A DNA stretch of 64,000 nucleotides, taken from positions 24,924,001-24,988,000 of the forward strand of contig OX597822.1 in NCBI GenBank assembly GCA_951406725.2. Direction: 5' to 3'. Both the position numbers and the translations under genes were made by a program. Below are positions 12,786 through 26,574 of this stretch, piece by piece. The notes under the pieces are model-generated. The model was given only the letters and a program-made list of their open reading frames with translations, ran no database searches and was not told where the DNA came from. How positions within the stretch are numbered: position 1 is the first letter of the stretch; every line of letters starts with the position of its first letter. The DNA comes from Octopus vulgaris. Lineage: Eukaryota.

Positions 12786-13563
12786 CCTACATATACATAC
12801 TTCTACTTTATTCTGTTTCTCCCTTCCAGTCTCTCTCTCTCTCTCTCTCTGACACACACACATCTCTCCTCTTTCTCTCACTCACTCCCTCTTTCTCTTT
12901 TTCTTTCTCCGACTCCTCTTTTCGTCTCTGCGAGTTCTGGAAGGTTGAGAATTGAATGACGGTGAGATGAAAGGAACAGCTGTTTGTGATAACACACACA
13001 CACGCACACACACACACACACACGCACACACACACACACACACACATGCACACACATATCCACACAGACACATCCACATACACACACATGTATGTATTGC
13101 GTGTGTGTATGTGGATGTGATGTTGGCATCTAGACCTCAATCTTACACCTTTCGAAAAAAAGGGCTGAGGTATAGCTGTTGTTGTTGTAGTTGTTGCTGC
13201 TGCTGCTACTGCCAATGTTATGTTGCACCTATTTAAGTTGCTGTTGCTAATGGGACTGCTGAATATGCTGTCGGTGCTGCTACCGGTGTAGGGTGGCTGG
13301 TGCCACGGGTACTTTCGAGCCAAAGTGTATATTAAAAAGAAAAATGCACCCTCCTTTCTTTTCCTCGAGCCTTATGTCATCTACTATCAACCTTCATTAA
13401 AAAACAGCTGCTGCTGATGATGATGATAATGATAATAATAATAATAATAATTCTTTCTACTGTAGGGACAAGGCCTGGAATTTGAACTCAAAAATATGAA
13501 GACAGACGAAACGTCGCCAAGCATTTCACCCAGCGTGCTAACGATTCTACCTGCGCACCGCCT

Positions 13564-13564
13564 A

Positions 13565-13625
<61 letters not shown>

Positions 13626-13642
13626 TTAATAATAATAATAAT

Positions 13643-13702
<60 letters not shown>

Positions 13703-13744
13703 TATAATGATAATAATAGTAATAATAATAATATTAATACTAAT

Positions 13745-13778
<34 letters not shown>

Positions 13779-13798
13779 GTAATAATAATAATAATAAT

Positions 13799-13844
<46 letters not shown>

Positions 13845-13875
13845 GTAGTAGTAGTAGTAATAATAATAATAATTA
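13564..13875. repeat. (AAT)n microsatellite
   Basis: Direct inspection. Confidence 0.98.
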
Positions 13876-14040
13876 CTTGTTTCTTTATTAAAACTCTTTC
13901 GTCACACATCCTGTGATCTCTTCAATGATTTTTTATCCCGTGTCTCCTCTTTTGTTTAGTTCATTGTGTGTGTATATGTGCGTGCGCGCGCGTTAACGAT
14001 CTGTTAATAAATAAGTGAGCATGACTTTGCTCGCTTATTC

Positions 14041-14178
14041 ATTTGGTGAGCCTGATGAGTTGAGAGTGGCATAACATCTTATGTAATCGTATGGATGCTG
14101 TGCATAATGCTTTCCTGACTCTACTGTGCTAACGTCACAGTGAAGACTCTCAATGAAACAATTGTAGCAACACCAGAT
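14041..14178 (+). ncRNA. Type I minimal hammerhead ribozyme with long branched helix II
   Basis: Helix I ATTTGGTG-A-GC / GC-AA-CACCAGAT; CTGATGA 14052-14058; helix II GTTGAGAGT/ACTCTCAAT; GAAA 14155-14158; C-AATT-G helix III; GUA triplet, predicted cut after 14166. Confidence 0.8.
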
Positions 14179-14263
14179 AACCCATTCGCCTGTTTTTATT
14201 ATAGATAAGTATATATAATATATGTATATAAAATATAAAATATATAGTATATATGTATAGTAT

Positions 14264-14331
<68 letters not shown>

Positions 14332-14334
<3 letters not shown>

Positions 14335-14490
14335 AATCCAAACAAGAATAAGTAAGAATAAGAGAACGTAATATAAGTACTGTGTTATTGGACGCTCAGG
14401 AAAGGAAAGAAAAGAAAGAGGATTTCACGTTTCGAGCGGAGCTCTTCATCAGAAATATAGAAAAAGTCCAAAGAAGGGAAGATGGAGAAA
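14332..14490 (-). mobile_element. Penelope-like terminal fragment with a degenerate HHR (14421-14457)
   Basis: Reverse complement ATTT-CTGATGA-A-GAGC-TCC-GCTC-GAAAC-GTG-AAAT followed by a T-rich tail ending at (TA)n; GUG triplet is not cleavable. Confidence 0.55.
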
Positions 14491-14497
14491 GAAAATC

Positions 14498-14555
<58 letters not shown>

Positions 14556-14829
14556 CGTGTAATATATATGTATATATGTGTGTATGTTTGCCTATGTGTG
14601 TGTGTGTATTCGTACATTGGTTTATGTCGGACGAATGAGATAGGTGAGTTCGACACATGTTGAAACTGAAAGTGAAAATTTATTTCGCGCGTCGTGATCG
14701 TGCCAATGCGATCTTCGGTTGAGAACTGAATATATGCATACAGTATTCTCTCTCTCTTTTTTCTTTATATCACACACACACACACGTATTTATATATAAA
14801 GATTGAATATACAATAATGTTGTACTCAC

Positions 14830-14883
14830 AGAGCCATAGTTCCTGCTGCTGGCAAGACTGCCGTACGATCGGTCATAGGAAGG
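14830..14883 (-). CDS. Internal 54-nt exon of an unidentified gene (phase 0: PSYDRSYGSLASSRNYGS)
   Basis: Strong acceptor TTTCTTCTTTTTTACTTCCAACAG, donor GTGAGT, length a multiple of 3, GC-rich island; one other frame is also open. Confidence 0.75.
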
Positions 14884-15282
14884 CTGTTGGAAGTAAAAAA
14901 GAAGAAACAAAAATATTTATATTTAATATTAAAGATTAATATAGCTTAAAATAATCTTGGCATGTCTTGAGCTAAGTTGTAAGCAAAAGGAAAAGAACAA
15001 AACTGAATTATCAATATTTTATGAACGGTTTTCGAAAACATGACAAAATATTTTTCTTCGATTAATATGATCTTAAGTGATTAATTTTACTTTTTAAGTA
15101 ATTATTTTAGAGCAAGCAATACTAAATTTATTATAGTTCAAAGATTATTCTTTTTCCTATAGACTATTATTAAATTCTATGCAATATACGACATATACGT
15201 AAGTTCAATCTACAATCTATTCCAGGAACCAGCAACAAGTTTTTTTAATACTCTACTTTTTATTTTTATATTTGCTCATGAC

Positions 15283-15533
15283 TACTGGCTAGGGAAGGAA
15301 ATTTGCTTAGGGGGTGCTGACCCAGGTTCAAATATTTTTTACAAAGATCTTATTATCATTATTTAAAAAACAATTTTGCTCTTTGTTCTTTGAGAAGAAA
15401 CCTAACTTGAAGATCAATTTTTAAGCACTGTCTTCTAAACCTGAAAAATATAGGGGTGCAATCATTGATTTTGCACCCCAGAAAAATTTTAGGTGCGCTT
15501 GCACTGCCTGCATCCCCTGTTCGCAGGCCCATG
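15283..15533. mobile_element. hAT-like non-autonomous element
   Basis: 8-bp TSD CTCATGAC (15275-15282, 15534-15541); imperfect ends TACTGGC / GCCCATG; internal GGGGTGC/GCACCCC motifs. Confidence 0.6.
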
Positions 15534-15889
15534 CTCATGACTCGCTTAAATATTATATCGTATGTTAAACACTATTAGCGTAACTTACACATTATATCGT
15601 ATTTTTCATCCTATTATAGCATATTTTACATATGAAAATATTCTCGGGTATTCCCTGATTTCTTATTGCAATTATTGAGTAAATCGTGATGCAAAAGGCT
15701 ATGAATCAAAAGGCCCCGTCTGCTTAGTAATCCAAACGCATTAAATTCCACAGAAATTTTTGTTAAAAGCTAACGGTTTACTGGTAATATATATACATAT
15801 ATATAGTTGGCCCAACTGTTGCTGATCCCTGATAGACACTATCGATGATTAATCATTGACTAGTTCCGAATGCCTACATATCTACACTG

Positions 15890-15948
<59 letters not shown>

Positions 15949-16445
15949 TGCGCATTATTAACAAGATAATGCTTGACAACAATATGGTTGCTTAAATACG
16001 CTTGAGTATCTTCTCTAAAGCTAAAAAGAAAAGAATACCAACAAAGAAATAACAAAGCTTTGAGAAGATACAGAAATGCGTCTAAAAAATGGTACCGTTG
16101 TCAGGCATTACTTTATTAATAGGGGAAATTTTGACTCTACATTAAAAAATGCATTGAGTACTGTTAGCCTGCTCGATATCAAATCGAGATTAATGTTCTA
16201 TATACATATACATATGCATATATAATATATATATATATATGTATATATACACATTCATGAAATAATGAGTGCTTGGTTTATTATTTGAAAGCAAAGACGC
16301 AAACATTTAGAACAGATGAAGAAACATAAGTTTTAGATAAAAGCAGTATTATTTCATTTATGAGTAAAATACTGATCAAAAACAATTGAGTTATATATAG
16401 TATACATACAATATAAAATCTCTGACACAACCACACACAGTGTTA

Positions 16446-16491
<46 letters not shown>

Positions 16492-16514
16492 CGTTTGCAT
16501 ATATATATGTATAC

Positions 16515-16575
<61 letters not shown>

Positions 16576-16576
16576 C

Positions 16577-16634
<58 letters not shown>

Positions 16635-17003
16635 GCATATGTACACATAAATGTACGTTAAAAATATTGAAATAACAAATACATGTAAGAAAAGAATAAC
16701 AATAATAAGAAGAAAAGAAGCTCAATGGAACATAATCGTTAGTAGCAATTCATGCCTGAACCAGTTGTTAATATGTTTACAGTGCGTTGTGAAAACAATT
16801 TTCTTTGTATTTGGTGAAGGATTAAGTTTTCCAGAGGTTATAAATAGTTATTTCAAGTAAAAAATTTGTTAGCTATTATTTTTTAAAGTACGTAAGGAAG
16901 AGCATATGTGAACAGAAACAAAATGAAGGCAAAGTATCGCTGTTTTGGAATATCTCGCATTATTAACGTGTTTCATTTATTCAATGCCTTGTTTCGCGAG
17001 TTG

Positions 17004-17304
17004 TTCGATCCTTCTGGAGCCATGCCTGGCTCATAAGGGCCGGTTTCCCGGTTTCCGTGGCGTATAGGTTCCCCACCTGGACGGGACGCCAGTCCGTCAC
17101 AGGTGAGCTGCAAGATGCAGGAGGAAAGTGTGAGAGAAAGTTGTGGCGAAAGAGTCAGCAGAAGTTGGCCATTGCCTTCTGCCGGAGCCGCGTGGAGCTT
17201 AGGTGTTTCGCTCATAAACACACACATCGCCTGGTCTGAGATTTGAACCCGTGATCCCTCGACCGCGAATCTGGTGCTATAACCACTAGGCCATGTGCTT
17301 CCAC
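17004..17304 (-). mobile_element. tRNA-derived SINE family F, tail type 1
   Basis: A box TGGCCTAGTGG, B box GGTTCAAATCT; 13-bp TSD GTTTC(G/T)CGAGTTG. Confidence 0.9.
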
Positions 17305-17653
17305 GTTTCTCGAGTTGGGAGTGAAGTAAATTTTGATTGGGCTACTTTGGTTGTGGTAGGGTGGAGAGGGCTTACTTCAGAAATGGGAGCTTAAGTACCA
17401 ACTGAATAAAACTTGGTGGGTGTAGAGTTGAGCAGAAAACCAGGAGGAAATGAATGAGCAGTGATTTTACCACATTTGCTGATCCACCAACGGGAAGGTG
17501 TTACGGTTTAGGATCGAATGATCATTAAGTACCGTCTGATGATATCAGACGGCCAAAGTTCCATTCACTTTAGTGTCTTTTCACGTCCACGAAAATTTAA
17601 GCTACATGTGTACATGTTTTGAGTGCTACTTCCATTCATTTCTTCACTCATTC

Positions 17654-17716
<63 letters not shown>

Positions 17717-17762
17717 TGGTTGTGTGTACATATGAATGTGAATATATGCATGTATATATATA

Positions 17763-17992
17763 TTTCTTTATTGCCCACAAGGGGTTAAACATAGAGGGGA
17801 GAAACAAGGACAGACAAAGGGATTAAGTCGATTACATCAACCCCAGTGCGAAACTGGTACTTTATTTATCGACCCCGAAAGGATGAATGCCAAAGTCGAC
17901 CGCGGCGGAATTTGAACTCAGAACGTAACAGCAGACAAAATACGGCTACGCATTTTGCCCGGCGTGCTAACGTTTCTGCCGACTCGCCGCCT
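17763..17992 (-). mobile_element. Full-length SINE family B
   Basis: Homologous to 51869-52101 and 62157-62558. Confidence 0.9.
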
Positions 17993-18007
17993 TTCTCACT
18001 TGTCCAC

Positions 18008-18110
<103 letters not shown>

Positions 18111-18684
18111 GTATGTATGTGCACACATACACACTCCCCCTGCGCTCGCGAACACACACACTCATGCATACAACCTTGGAAGATTTACAATACTTTCATT
18201 CTCAGGCACATTCATCGTCACAACCACTTCGAAAGTCTCCAGCATTTAATAATTTCTTTTTGTCTTTATTTTACAGGAGACGACGCCGTCGGCTTTCTGT
18301 TTCTTTAACCTTATACTTTGTTATGTTTAAGGAACTAGAATTAGTTTTAACGGGATTTTAGGAATCAAATTCTAAAGGGAAATTACATGTTCGTCGCTTA
18401 TTTATTTAAAACTTTTTTTCCCCGTAAATATTTTCCGTCGCGCTCTTTATATATAATAATATATTATATTGTTCTTGGTGAATTTTTTTCACGTTAAAGC
18501 AGAATGAAAAGATATATTTAGAATCAGATCTGTCACGTAATTATCCCCCTTTATTTCTTTCTCTTTTGTTTATGCAAGTTTATTTATATTCATTCTAAAC
18601 AATTTTAGTATCATTTACTCACTCAGACACCTACTATTGTTATTGTTATTATTATTATTACTTCTATTACTAATATTAGTAGTA

Positions 18685-18753
<69 letters not shown>

Positions 18754-18817
18754 TTGCTGTTGTTGTTTCTGTTGTTCTTCTTTGTATTTGTCTTATATTC
18801 GATGCCGTCGTTGTAGT

Positions 18818-18999
18818 CATCATCATCGTCTTCAACATCATCATCATCATGATCATCATCGTCGTCGTCTTCGTCGTCATCATCATGATCATCATCGTCA
18901 TCATTGTCATCATCGTCATCATCGTCATCGTCATCATCGTCATCGTCATCATCGTCATCGTCATCATCGTTATCATCGTCATCATCATCATCATCGTCG

Positions 19000-19031
<32 letters not shown>

Positions 19032-19032
19032 G

Positions 19033-19080
<48 letters not shown>

Positions 19081-19197
19081 CCATCATCATCATCGTCGTC
19101 GTCGTCGTCGTCACCATCACCATCATCATCGTCATCATCATCATCGTCATCATCGTCATCGTCATCATCGTCATCATCATCATCGTCATCGTCATCG

Positions 19198-19245
<48 letters not shown>
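18818..19245. repeat. (CAT/CGT)n trinucleotide microsatellite
   Basis: Direct inspection; source of poly-His/Ser/Ile/Met ORFs. Confidence 0.97.
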
Positions 19246-19246
<1 letters not shown>

Positions 19247-19356
19247 TTGCTATACCTTCACCATTGTGACACCGTTAGAGTCTTTAGCATTGCGATTGCA
19301 GGTCTTGTTCATTTAGAACTTCACATATTCTCATTCTCTCTGCTTTTTTTCTCGCG

Positions 19357-19398
<42 letters not shown>

Positions 19399-19696
19399 TA
19401 CATACATACATACATACATACATACATACATACATACATGCATACATACATACATACATACATACATACATACATACATACATACATACATACATACATA
19501 CATACATACATACATACATACATACATACATACATACATACATACATACGTGTATGTTCACGTGTGTGTATGTACATATGTGTGTGCATGTGTTTGCATG
19601 TGTGTGTGTGTGTACACAATAATGCCTCGATATATTAGTTAACTTGTTCCCGGAGACCGCTCGTAAAAAGAAAAGTAAAGCAGAGCAATAATTTTC

Positions 19697-20088
19697 CAGG
19701 AGTGGCTGTGTGGTAAGTAGCTTGCTTACCAACCACATGGTTCCGGGTTCAGTCCTACTGCGTGGCACTTTGGGCAACTGTCTTCTACTATAGCCTCGGG
19801 CCGACTAAAGCCTTGTGAGTGGATCTGGTAGACGGAAACTGAAAGAAGCCCGCCGTATATATGCATATATATATATATATATGTATGTGTGTGTACGTTT
19901 GTGTGTCGTGTTTGTCCCCCCAACGTCGCTTGACAACCGATGCTAGTGTGTTTACGTCCCCGTAAAAGAGACCGATAGAATAAGTAGTAGGCTTACAAAG
20001 AATAAGTCCTGGGGTCGATTTGCTCGACTAAAGGCGGTGCTCCAGCATGGCCACAGTCAAATGACTGAAATAAGTAAAAGTAAAAAGT
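19697..20088 (+). mobile_element. Full-length SINE A with internal (TA)/(TG) tract
   Basis: tRNA-like head, CORE-like segment, tail GGCGGTGCTCCAGCATGGCCACAGTCAAATGACTGAAA ending in (GTAAAA)n. Confidence 0.92.
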
Positions 20089-20157
20089 ATAGTAGCAATG
20101 AAATTTTCTGCCGTCAATTTATTTCGTCGTTATGCAGACACACACACACACACAAAT

Positions 20158-20191
<34 letters not shown>

Positions 20192-20376
20192 AAATATTTA
20201 TGATATAACATAACATGATATAACATAATGTAATATAATATATATATATACATATATATACATATACATATATATAATACATATATTATATACATATATC
20301 TATATCTATATCTATATCTATATCTGTATATCTATATATCTATATCTGTATCTATATCTATATCTACATCTATATA

Positions 20377-20442
<66 letters not shown>

Positions 20443-21254
20443 CGCTCGCACACACGCATGTATATATATATAATGTACAAAAATGTCTCAATAGTAACAA
20501 TCTGAGAGTAGCATCAACATCAATAGCAGCAAATAGACTGGCCTATTGATCGTAATCTCGCTCGGTGCTCGTTAAAAAGGCCATTGGGAATAAAAACTGA
20601 CGGCGTTTTACTATGATGTAAGAGATATTTATAGCAGTACTACAAGTGAATGTAGACAGAAGCCGTCCTGAAATTTCAAGTCCATCTTCTAAACGTCTTG
20701 ACTTCTGTTCTCTTATCGCAGTGGGTGGCGACGAGAACGGCTTCAGTCATAGATCTTCTGTTCCTTCTTCCTCCCTAAGCTAGATAACTTAATTCAACGT
20801 AACTCATCTGATCTCACGTAGTCTTGATGAAAGAATGTCTTCATGTTAGTTTATTCTGCCAACGTTATGCAGCTTATCTCCTTTTTTTTTCATGGGTCAC
20901 TCGCGTGCATATTGCTTCATGATTTTGTCGCAGGAGTTTCTTCAGTTCAGGTCGTAGATGATTTGAGGGCACCAAAGGTCATCATTATAAAAATGGAAAA
21001 CGAAAGAAGACCCTTAAAAAAAAAAAGAGCTTTCGTTCGAGATAATGTTTATTTATTTCATTAATGGCATGTCGCCGTTGCGGCACGAACAGTCTCTATG
21101 CTTGGTTGCAGAGTTCAAAATTTCGAGGCCCCTGACCTTTCATGATCCTCAAGAGATATACAGGTGGCATTAAAAAAAATCTTGGTTTTGTGTTCCTATG
21201 AACAACCTCTTCTCACTTCTATAACCTCATTTTATTTCATTAGGTTGTTTCTAT

Positions 21255-21621
21255 GTTGCTGTTGCTGATGTTAAGCGCGCGAAGCGGTCTTCGTCCCAGT
21301 AGTGGGAGAAGTCCGAAACGTGGTCCTTTGCTATTCGTAAGACCCGCAGAAGAGAAAGCAGGTCAACTCCCGACACCGAGACCATCGACAGACGGATGAA
21401 TGCGCATCCAGGTTCAGCGGTTGCGTAGGAAGTCGGGGACAAGAAACAGGAAGAAAGAGTGAGAGAAAGTTGGAGCGAAAGAGTACAACAGGGGTCGCCA
21501 CTACCCCCTGCCAGAGACTCGTGGAGCTTTAGTTGTTTTGGCTCAATAAACACACACAACGCCCGGTCTGGAAATCGAAACCGCGATCCTCCGACCGCGA
21601 GTCCGCTGCCCTAACCACTGC
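21255..21621 (-). mobile_element. SINE family F, tail type 2
   Basis: Head and body homologous to ~17115-17290, but a different 3' region ending in (GCAACA)-like repeats. Confidence 0.8.
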
Positions 21622-22131
21622 TGCTGTTGTTGTCGTCGTCCAGTTCTTAGTGTCCCCATAACCAAACACACTTTTAGAGCCACCGCCTTAATTAAAAACC
21701 CTTATTAGCCATACGAAAATTTTCACCCCTCACGTTTTCAACTAAAACCACTGCTTCCTCATGCATTCTTTATTGCTACTCTACTGGTTCCTGAGGAGAC
21801 CTTAAGTGACCGGCAAACTTCCAATCATGACCCTCCAATCTTTTCCTCAGACAAGTTATCTAGAACCAGATTACCCAACATTACATTTTTTAAAGACAGC
21901 AACAAGATAGACAGGGCATCTTTCTCTGGTTAGTTTCAAAATATAGCCTTTCAAATTTGATGCACTGCACTCACATACAAGACACATTGGCTTTTGATGG
22001 GGCGTATATAAAGCTAAGCGCTTCATGGACGCCAAACCCTGGGTAATTCAATGAACCGGCCATAACTATCTTTCTTTGAATACTCTGCTCCTCTCAGAGT
22101 GCGCTTCCGTTTTGTATTTATGATTTACTGA

Positions 22132-22177
<46 letters not shown>

Positions 22178-22181
<4 letters not shown>

Positions 22182-22463
22182 ATAAGATCGTTAATTTAAA
22201 TTAAATATCGATCTTATTAAGTGGCCAGCATGGGAATAAAAACCTTCAAAGGTGATAATTATTATTAAAATTATAATTTAGGGTATCTACGAGATACCAT
22301 GCTGAAAATAGCAGCCAAAATCTGACTCTAAAACCACATTAAATTTTTTTTTTGTCTTCTCTCCTTGTGCTGTATGAACATTTAATGTGGTTTTAGAGTC
22401 AGATTTTGGCTGCTATTTTCAGCATGGCGGTATCTCGTAGATACCCTAAATTATAATTTCAAT
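22178..22463. mobile_element. Fold-back element in (TA)n: ~90-nt unique leader plus 77/80-bp inverted arms
   Basis: Arms 22268-22344 and 22380-22459 match except for a 3-nt indel; 35-nt spacer; (TA)n on both sides. Confidence 0.85.
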
Positions 22464-22929
22464 ATATATATATATATATAATAACGCTTCCATCCATCCA
22501 TCCATCCAGACACACATACATGTCTGTGTGTGCGCGTGCGCGCCTGTGTGTAACATTTTAAAGGAATCTAGTTAAAATTTTGCCTAAAGGGCTTCTAATA
22601 TATGCGTTATCTACCAATTTACAACATATGAGAATCATCATCGGTTCATAGGGAAAAAGTTCGGATTAAGAACTGGGAAAACGGGAGAAAATATGAAGTG
22701 AAAAACGTTAGAAACAAAGTGTTCAAAGCGAAGACCGGAGGTCCGAATGCGTCATATTATCGCAGTATTTGAACAGAGTTATAGTTCGGTTTCCATAAAT
22801 GAAAGACGAAGGAATGTGGTTTGCTTGTTTCACGGAACTTTAGTATGGACAGTCGACAGAAAGCAATCTGAACGGAACCCCTTGAAAGCGTTATTCATGC
22901 CCGGGTTTGTCCAACTTGTTCACTGAGTT

Positions 22930-23309
22930 CGATCTTTTCGGTTTGAACGGCAGTTTTTTTAAAATAATTTCCACGTAACTAAACACTTTGAAACATCGTA
23001 TACTGGTAGAATGATTTTTCTCTTGGCTTTATTGAGAAAATTCTATACTTTGTAAGATATTTGTTGTTTTTTTCTTCAATTTCTGCAATTTCTACCAATC
23101 AATGACGTCTATTGAGGTAAAAAACATTCTGTGCCGTATGAATATGTCTCTCGTTTAAGAAACATATTGGGTTTATTTACATTTGTGAAGAAAAAAAGAT
23201 ACCCTTTCCCCACTCCTAACCCTAAACCTAAAGCAGATTGAAATGCAATAGATCGATACAATTTCATATGACACCGCTAGAAAAACTGCCGTTCAAACCG
23301 AAAAGATCC
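22930..23309. mobile_element. MITE with 28-bp TIRs and 8-9 bp TSD (Merlin- or Mutator-like)
   Basis: GATCTTTTCGGTTTGAACGGCAGTTTTT and its reverse complement; (C)ACTGAGTT on both sides; internal CCTAACCCTAAACCTA. Confidence 0.9.
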
Positions 23310-23818
23310 ACTGAGTTTTCATCGGGGTTCAGATACAAGCTCACAAGGGGTTCAGATACCAAGTTTTGCATCAAGCTTTACTGGCGACCGAAGAAGTCCC
23401 AGCTGATTCAGTTGCGAAGGAGTTGAAGAGAACATACGCACACACACACGTACACACGTACACACGCACACACGCACACACACACGTACACACACATACA
23501 CACACAAATGTATGTGTGTATGTATGTGTTTGTGTGTATGTATGTATGTATGTATGTATGTATGTATGTATGTATGTATGTATGCATGTATGTATATGAC
23601 GAATTCTGCAATTTGCAGTCAGTAAATCGTTGTTTACTCTAAAAGCGATGAGAGGCAAAGAGTGAGGGGCATGGAGGGAGAGCGGGAAAAGTCTGACTGC
23701 GTGAAAGGATCGGAAAAGGAGGAGGAGGTGTTTTGGGGGTAGCTATTTCTCCCCGTTCCCTTGCAGACAGCGCTAATTTCTGTTGTCGGCATTACTTTAG
23801 CTACACACACAAACACAA

Positions 23819-23868
<50 letters not shown>

Positions 23869-23960
23869 ATATATATGTGTATACATACATATATATGTAT
23901 GTGTATATATATTTATATATATGTGTATATATATATATATATATGTATGTATATATACAT

Positions 23961-24032
<72 letters not shown>

Positions 24033-24055
24033 GTATATATACATATACATATATA

Positions 24056-24095
<40 letters not shown>

Positions 24096-24108
24096 TACAT
24101 ACATACAA

Positions 24109-24166
<58 letters not shown>

Positions 24167-26574
24167 GCACGTGGGGGGTCGTAAGCATTAAAATAACATT
24201 GTCAATTATTCCTATGTATAGACCTGTCAGGGTTTCCTCGTCGTAAGAAAGAAAAGAAAAGGAAATACTGGCAGCCAAAGCGTGAATGTAGATGTTTATT
24301 TGTGAGGTAAGAGGTGGGGGTAATTGTTTATTTTAGAAAAAAACAATGGAATGGTAATACGTAAAGAATAAAAAACATTGTCTTCAAGAATGGACTTATT
24401 TATATATCTATTTATCTATTTATTTATTTGAGAAATGAGTCGTAGGTTCAATTTTCCCTATGGTGGTGAATTTTCCTCGGCCAGTTAAAATAGCATTTTA
24501 TTTATTCTTTAAATATTATCAAAAAAATTTCACAATTTAAAATTTTTTAATAAGAAAGAAGAAAATAAAAGGATATATAAAACATTTAAATTATATTTAA
24601 AATGATTTTCAATTAATTATACGGTTTAAAGGGGAATAAAATATGGACCAACGTAGATGATTTTGAAATAATTCATTTTTGGAACGGTGAAACTCGAAGC
24701 TGTTAAAGCTATGAATAACAGTCAGTAAATATTGGATTAGAAAACACTTTGAATAGAAAAAGTTGTAGGCTGAGAGGATACAGACAATAAGTCAGTGGAG
24801 GAGAGGAGAGAAAGAGAGAAAAAGCGTGTGTGTGTGTGTGTGTGTGTGGGGGGTATTTTCATAAGAGTGTGAGGCGAGAAACAAATTTAAAATTTGGACT
24901 GGAAGCGAGTTGGTGGATGGATTACTGTATATGTCGTGGATTTCTATCTTTAAAAAAGACACTCATACTCTCTCGAACTCTCATACTCTCATTCACTTAC
25001 TCTCAAATACAGCCTCGTGTTCCTTTACGTGTAAATTTAGATATGGGAATAAGCTTTCGTATACGATCGAGTCAAATAGGAAACACCTATTTGCAAAGGA
25101 AAATGTATGCAAGACACTACTTATATTAAAAGCCTATGCTTATGAATTTTGTGGGGTTAATGCAAGTGAAATATTGTGTTTTATTCTAGGTAGTGGGGCT
25201 TTTCACTTTCAGAAATATTGGAGAGAATGAAAATGCACTATTAAAAGTAATGTAATGTCAACTAGGATACATGATGAGATTAAGGTTTTCTAATAAGAGT
25301 TTTTTGTTGGGCGAGTGACCTAACTTCCGAGATGATACTGCATTTTATATTATATTGTTCGATGTGATTTTATGCATCCCACCACTCAAATAAATATAGA
25401 GAGCGAAGAAATGGTTTCGTTTCTATTTATTTCTAAACGCGTTCAGATGGTGGTTATAACGTGTTTTAAAATATATGGTTGTGAGCCATTTATATATTTG
25501 TGTGTGTGTGTGTCTTTATATATGCATTTATACATGCATGTGTAGTGTAATGAATAATAATAACAACAATAATAATAATAAAAGTAAAGAGCAAAAACAA
25601 AAGAACAATGAAAGTGTATTAACAATAGCAACAACAAACAATAAAATGTAAGCCAAAATACAAAGCAAGAACACAATTTTTCAAAAAGTGATGCTGTGAA
25701 ATTTTTACTGTTTTTTTTTTTTACAATGGAACTATTTTTTACAATGCCAAACTTATAGAATTAGCTTGAACTATTGTGAACTGAATGGCTATATGTTTAT
25801 ATTCATATAGCTGTTTTCAATAATGCTTAATAATAAAGGCACATTAACAAATCTGCAAACAATCACATGATATAAATAAGACGAACATTTTTTTTTATCT
25901 CGTAAAAAAACAATGCTTAACTCAATTTGTCAAATGGTTTCTTTTTCATTGGGACGGGGTATTTAAAATTGTTACATGCTCTATAGCAAATCATTCAAGC
26001 TTATGATCGATAATTTTTCTCTCTTTACGTTCGTTTCATGAAAGCGAAAGTAAGAATAAGAAATAAAAATGGAAAAAGAGAAAATGTAAAAAATGAAAAA
26101 CAGCAATGAAATGTTATGCATGTTTTAACCAATTGAACGTTGGGCAACTTCTAAAATTTTACATTTTAATTAACCATCAGTGTTCAAGAAATAATCTGAA
26201 GAGATTCTGTTAATTGTTATTATTGTTGTTTTTACTAACAAAAGTGAGAGAACTGGATTTGCAGAGTGTATCGAGCGATAGTTGGATTAAACACCTTGTA
26301 GTTTTTAGTAGTTTCTCCCTAACAAATCAATCATCTATTAAGGTACGAAGGAAGTAAGGCAGTGAGTTTAATCGATTATAACATATACAATTTATGACCG
26401 CTGGTATATATTAATTTCTTGCAGGACTAGAAGTTTATAGGGAGGGACCTGTTTCTTATAGTGATTCTAACACTTGACAGTTACTTATTTTATCGATACC
26501 GGAAGGATGAAAATCAAAGTCACCTAGATGGAATCAGAACCCATAATGTGAACGACCGCAACTTAATACTGCTA

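Noticed and set aside
13496-13891. Poly-Asn ORF
   Set aside because: A SINE B fragment fused to an (AAT)n tract
17532-17552. CTGATGA inside hairpin CCGTCTGAT-GAT-ATCAGACGG as an HHR
   Set aside because: No downstream GAAA or helix II/III; just a 9-bp palindrome
18782-19642. 286-aa His/Arg-rich ORF, the longest in the window
   Set aside because: Made of (CAT/CGT)n and (CATA)n tracts; overlapping frames also open; no splice or domain evidence
19697-19775. tRNA genes at SINE heads
   Set aside because: A and B boxes are present but run directly into SINE bodies; no complete cloverleaf or terminator
20520-21060. Complex sequence as a coding exon or transposase relic
   Set aside because: No convincing splice pair or recognisable motif in the frames I examined
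23215-23230. Interstitial telomere
   Set aside because: Only 2-3 imperfect units, internal to a MITE
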